A stretch of DNA of 35,123 nt from Diploschistes diacapsis (lineage: Eukaryota). Numbering within the stretch: position 1 is the first letter of the stretch; each line of letters starts with the position of its first letter. Shown in pieces: positions 32,475-35,123 of this stretch. Location: NCBI GenBank assembly GCA_023645945.1, contig JALAIB010000078.1, forward strand, positions 1 through 35,123, written 5' to 3'. A program made the translations under genes and the position numbers. The notes below the pieces were generated by a model that was given only the letters and a program-made list of their open reading frames with translations, searched no databases and was not told the origin of the DNA.

Positions 32475-33165
32475 ATGCCTTCTTCCAAGGGTAAACCTAC
32501 CGATCCTGAGCTGCGCGAAAAGATTAAGGAGGGTAAGTCGCGTCGCACTTTCACCCAGCCCGCCGCGCGCATCTAATCAACAATGCGCAGACATTCAAAA
32601 CGAGCCTACAAGCAAAGACGGTAGCGGAAAAGGAGGTTGGGCAGCATGGAAGGTATGTCGCGTCCTTTCACTTCGACGCGCATTGCGCGTGATACGCGCG
32701 ATGTGTTCCTTCGCCGTCCTATGACTTCGCCACAGCCTAACTAATGCGCATAAATAGGGAGCGAAGCTGTCCAAAGAGTACGAAGCCCAGGGTGGCGGTT
32801 ATGAAAATGCGCCCGGCAGTAAGAATGAGCCCAAGAACGGCACCCCCGAACCCAAGAGCGGCAGCAAGAAAGACCACGAGATGGGTGATGCTGATGAAGA
32901 TGGCAAAGAAGCGCCCGAGGAAGGCACCAAGGGAGCAAAAGAAACCAGGGACACCAAAAAGGGCAGCAAGAAAGGCACCGCCGAAAAGAAAGATGGAGCT
33001 GAAGAGAAGAAGCCGGCCGGACGAGGCAGACCGGCTGGGAAAGCCGGCGCGAAGAAGGAGAAGAAGGAGCCTGCACAGGGTGCGCGGAGGAGCGAGCGCG
33101 TGAGCAAGCGCGAGGCCGAGACTAAGAAGGAAGAGGCCCCAGCTACCAAGAAGCAAAAGAAGTGA
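32475..33165 (+). CDS. Small conserved-type hypothetical protein with K/E-rich tail; exons 32475-32532, 32591-32652, 32758-33165
   Basis: Spliced MPSSKGKPTDPELREKIKEDIQNEPTSKDGSGKGGWAAWKGAKLSKEYEAQGGGYEN... Resembles the TDPELRE..GQWSAxK..EY..GGGY module found in fungal and bacterial proteins. Both introns are canonical. Confidence 0.8.
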
Positions 33166-34013
33166 ACCTAGGGTCCTGAAAGCGAGTGTGTACACTTTTC
33201 TTTATCTCATGATGTTTTCTGTAATGTTGGAAAGGGTCTGGATCGTGGCTTGATCTATGCTGGGAAGCAAGGGCAAACGGTTTTATGCGGGCAGGAACAT
33301 TGGGATAGATATGCAACAGCTGGTGGTGTCTGTGGATTACTTCTCATCGTGCTTGCTCCCTTTCGGGAGAGACGCGGCTGATTTTGAATTTGTCGGGCTG
33401 ATTCTATACTAGAGGCGGTACTTTAGATCTGAAAGATATGTCAAAGCTAGAATACATGTTGTCGCTCAGAAGCACGCTGTGATTGCTGCTGGTAGATCAA
33501 ATAGCCTCATATATCATAAAGACTAGATATGTCAAACAGAATTGCTTCGCTTTACATACCAGCCAAAACCAGAAAGAACCGTTATTAGGTACGATGGAAA
33601 GGTAGGCTCCCGCTACAAACGCTGGTTTCCTTGATATCTGGTGCAATATCAAAAGCAAGCATATGCTTGTCATGTAGCCTAACCTTTTTTGTCTCTCAGA
33701 AGAAACAAAGATAGCGATATGCGGTACGAATTTCAAGGACTATGTTGAAGGACAAGGAGCTTCCTAGTGTTCACGATAGGGGATGGGGTTTCTCCACAGC
33801 ACGGCGGGATAACCTGCTTCGCACCGCTGAGTATCAAACTTCATGCCTATATTATAAAGGTTGGAGGAGTATTCTCTTGAACATATGTAGCTGAAGAAGT
33901 TTAACACTCCCTTACATATATTTGTCTCTATCCTCCGACTTCTCTTCTCTGAATCTTTATGCTGCTGTGTCTTCTCTGAGCTTCCACAAGAGAGAATAGA
34001 AAATACTGTACAA

Positions 34014-35123
34014 ATGTCAAGCTGGCGGTTACTTGCATCTTCTCTGGATGTTGCTGGGAATCCAACACTGCTTATAAAACACGACTTCCAAACCACTAGG
34101 TACACAGTCCATATTACGGACTTGACTTTCTTGTGGACCGAGACCCTCGACCGCAAAGGTATCATAAAGAGAGCACTGAACGAAGATACTAGTATCGACC
34201 CAAGCGAGGGTTCGGACCAGCTGAGGTTGCTGCTGAATCACGTACGAAGGGGTCTCGATGGCGAAGATGAAACAACTCTCGAGATATCTTCCAGGGAGAA
34301 TAGTAAGGAGCGGCTGGACCTGCTTCTTACCTCAAACTTGCCATCTCCGCTGAAGACGCTTTCATGGAACCTGCGTCTTAAGGCAGCTTCTGAGTACGAC
34401 TTCTCACGGGAGGTTTTGCTGCCTATCCTAGGCAGCCTTTTCACAGCGGATAAGGCCGTGTCAAGTCTATTGAATAAGGTCAAGGACAGGGAGAATCTCA
34501 TTGCTCGCATCAACAGCAACCTATCCAGCACAGGACGCAGCATGGTTGATATCTTCTGGGAACTCGTTCCTCCCAAGGCCTCCAAGGACGCTCAATATGC
34601 GGCCTTGCTGAAGAAAGTGCCGGGCTTGCAGACTTTCGACGAGGACTCCTGGCGAGACTCCCAGGAATTTGTAGGGGAGCTGGGCACTCACGAGCTCTGT
34701 GAGGAGCTGTTTCGTAGAGGCCTGGAGTGCCGAGCCATAAGTAATACTCCAGCCGATGAAGCATGGTGGACACATCTGGGTGCAGGAGTCACCATCAGAG
34801 ACGCCCCCCACTCTCCTCCCAGCAAAGCTCCATTCCTGCGAAAAGAGACAAGCAGCACCGTTTTCCAAACGCTCGACGACACCTCCAACACCGCAGGCGA
34901 GCACCTCGCTCCCGCTCTAGCTCCCTTCCATGCAGCCCAGGAAACCCCTAAGCCACAACCCAAAACCACCGATGACAACAACACCGACTCCGACTCCGAC
35001 GCCACAGCCTCCACAGTCTCCGACCTAGACGCCCAAGTATCCAAACCCCCCACCCCAGGCTTCCCTCAACCGGCCCGCAAACTCGGCACAATCCGTGGTC
35101 TCAAAACCTCCAAGCCCTCGCCT
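34014..35123 (+). CDS. XLF/Cernunnos (Nej1-like) non-homologous end-joining factor; runs off the window end
   Basis: Not in the ORF track because there is no stop in the window. MSSWRLL...YTVHITDLTFLWTETLDRKGIIKRALNEDTSIDPSEGSDQLRLLL...LPSPLKTLSW matches the fungal XLF head domain. Confidence 0.85.
   Translation, partial: MSSWRLLASSLDVAGNPTLLIKHDFQTTRYTVHITDLTFLWTETLDRKGIIKRALNEDTSIDPSEGSDQLRLLLNHVRRGLDGEDETTLEISSRENSKERLDLLLTSNLPSPLKTLSWNLRLKAASEYDFSREVLLPILGSLFTADKAVSSLLNKVKDRENLIARINSNLSSTGRSMVDIFWELVPPKASKDAQYAALLKKVPGLQTFDEDSWRDSQEFVGELGTHELCEELFRRGLECRAISNTPADEAWWTHLGAGVTIRDAPHSPPSKAPFLRKETSSTVFQTLDDTSNTAGEHLAPALAPFHAAQETPKPQPKTTDDNNTDSDSDATASTVSDLDAQVSKPPTPGFPQPARKLGTIRGLKTSKPSP

Noticed and set aside
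1..35123. Apparent cluster of genome- and telomere-maintenance genes (MTC1, Pof3/Dia2-like, IES4, PNC1, XLF)
   Set aside because: They are interspersed with unrelated genes and show no shared motif; plausible by chance unless synteny says otherwise.

Overview
Eukaryotic, intron-containing DNA from a filamentous ascomycete (Pezizomycotina-type GT-AG introns of about 47-130 nt with CTAAC/CTGAC branch sites). All exon joins below were read by hand. Left to right the genes are: MTC1-like (partial), Srk1/Rck2-type kinase, a 904-aa conserved-type hypothetical protein, a possible small orphan gene, a Leu3/LeuB Zn2Cys6 factor, a TPR/F-box/LRR Pof3/Dia2-like protein, INO80 Ies4, a SPRY-LisH-CTLH RanBPM/Gid1-like protein, an amidase with a GC-AG first intron, RPS21, a secreted His1 protein with LPMO-like motifs, a metallo-beta-lactamase-fold hydrolase, nicotinamidase, a small acidic/basic protein and XLF (partial). 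The odd part is 21.3-25.9 kb. It holds a secreted repeat-protein gene broken by one -1 shift, seven consecutive +1 shifts and a TGG-to-TAG stop; a possible second gene relic; and a stem-enclosed H-type pseudoknot between that gene and RPS21. No rRNA, tRNA, CRISPR array or recognisable transposon was seen. Family names come from motif recognition, not database searches.
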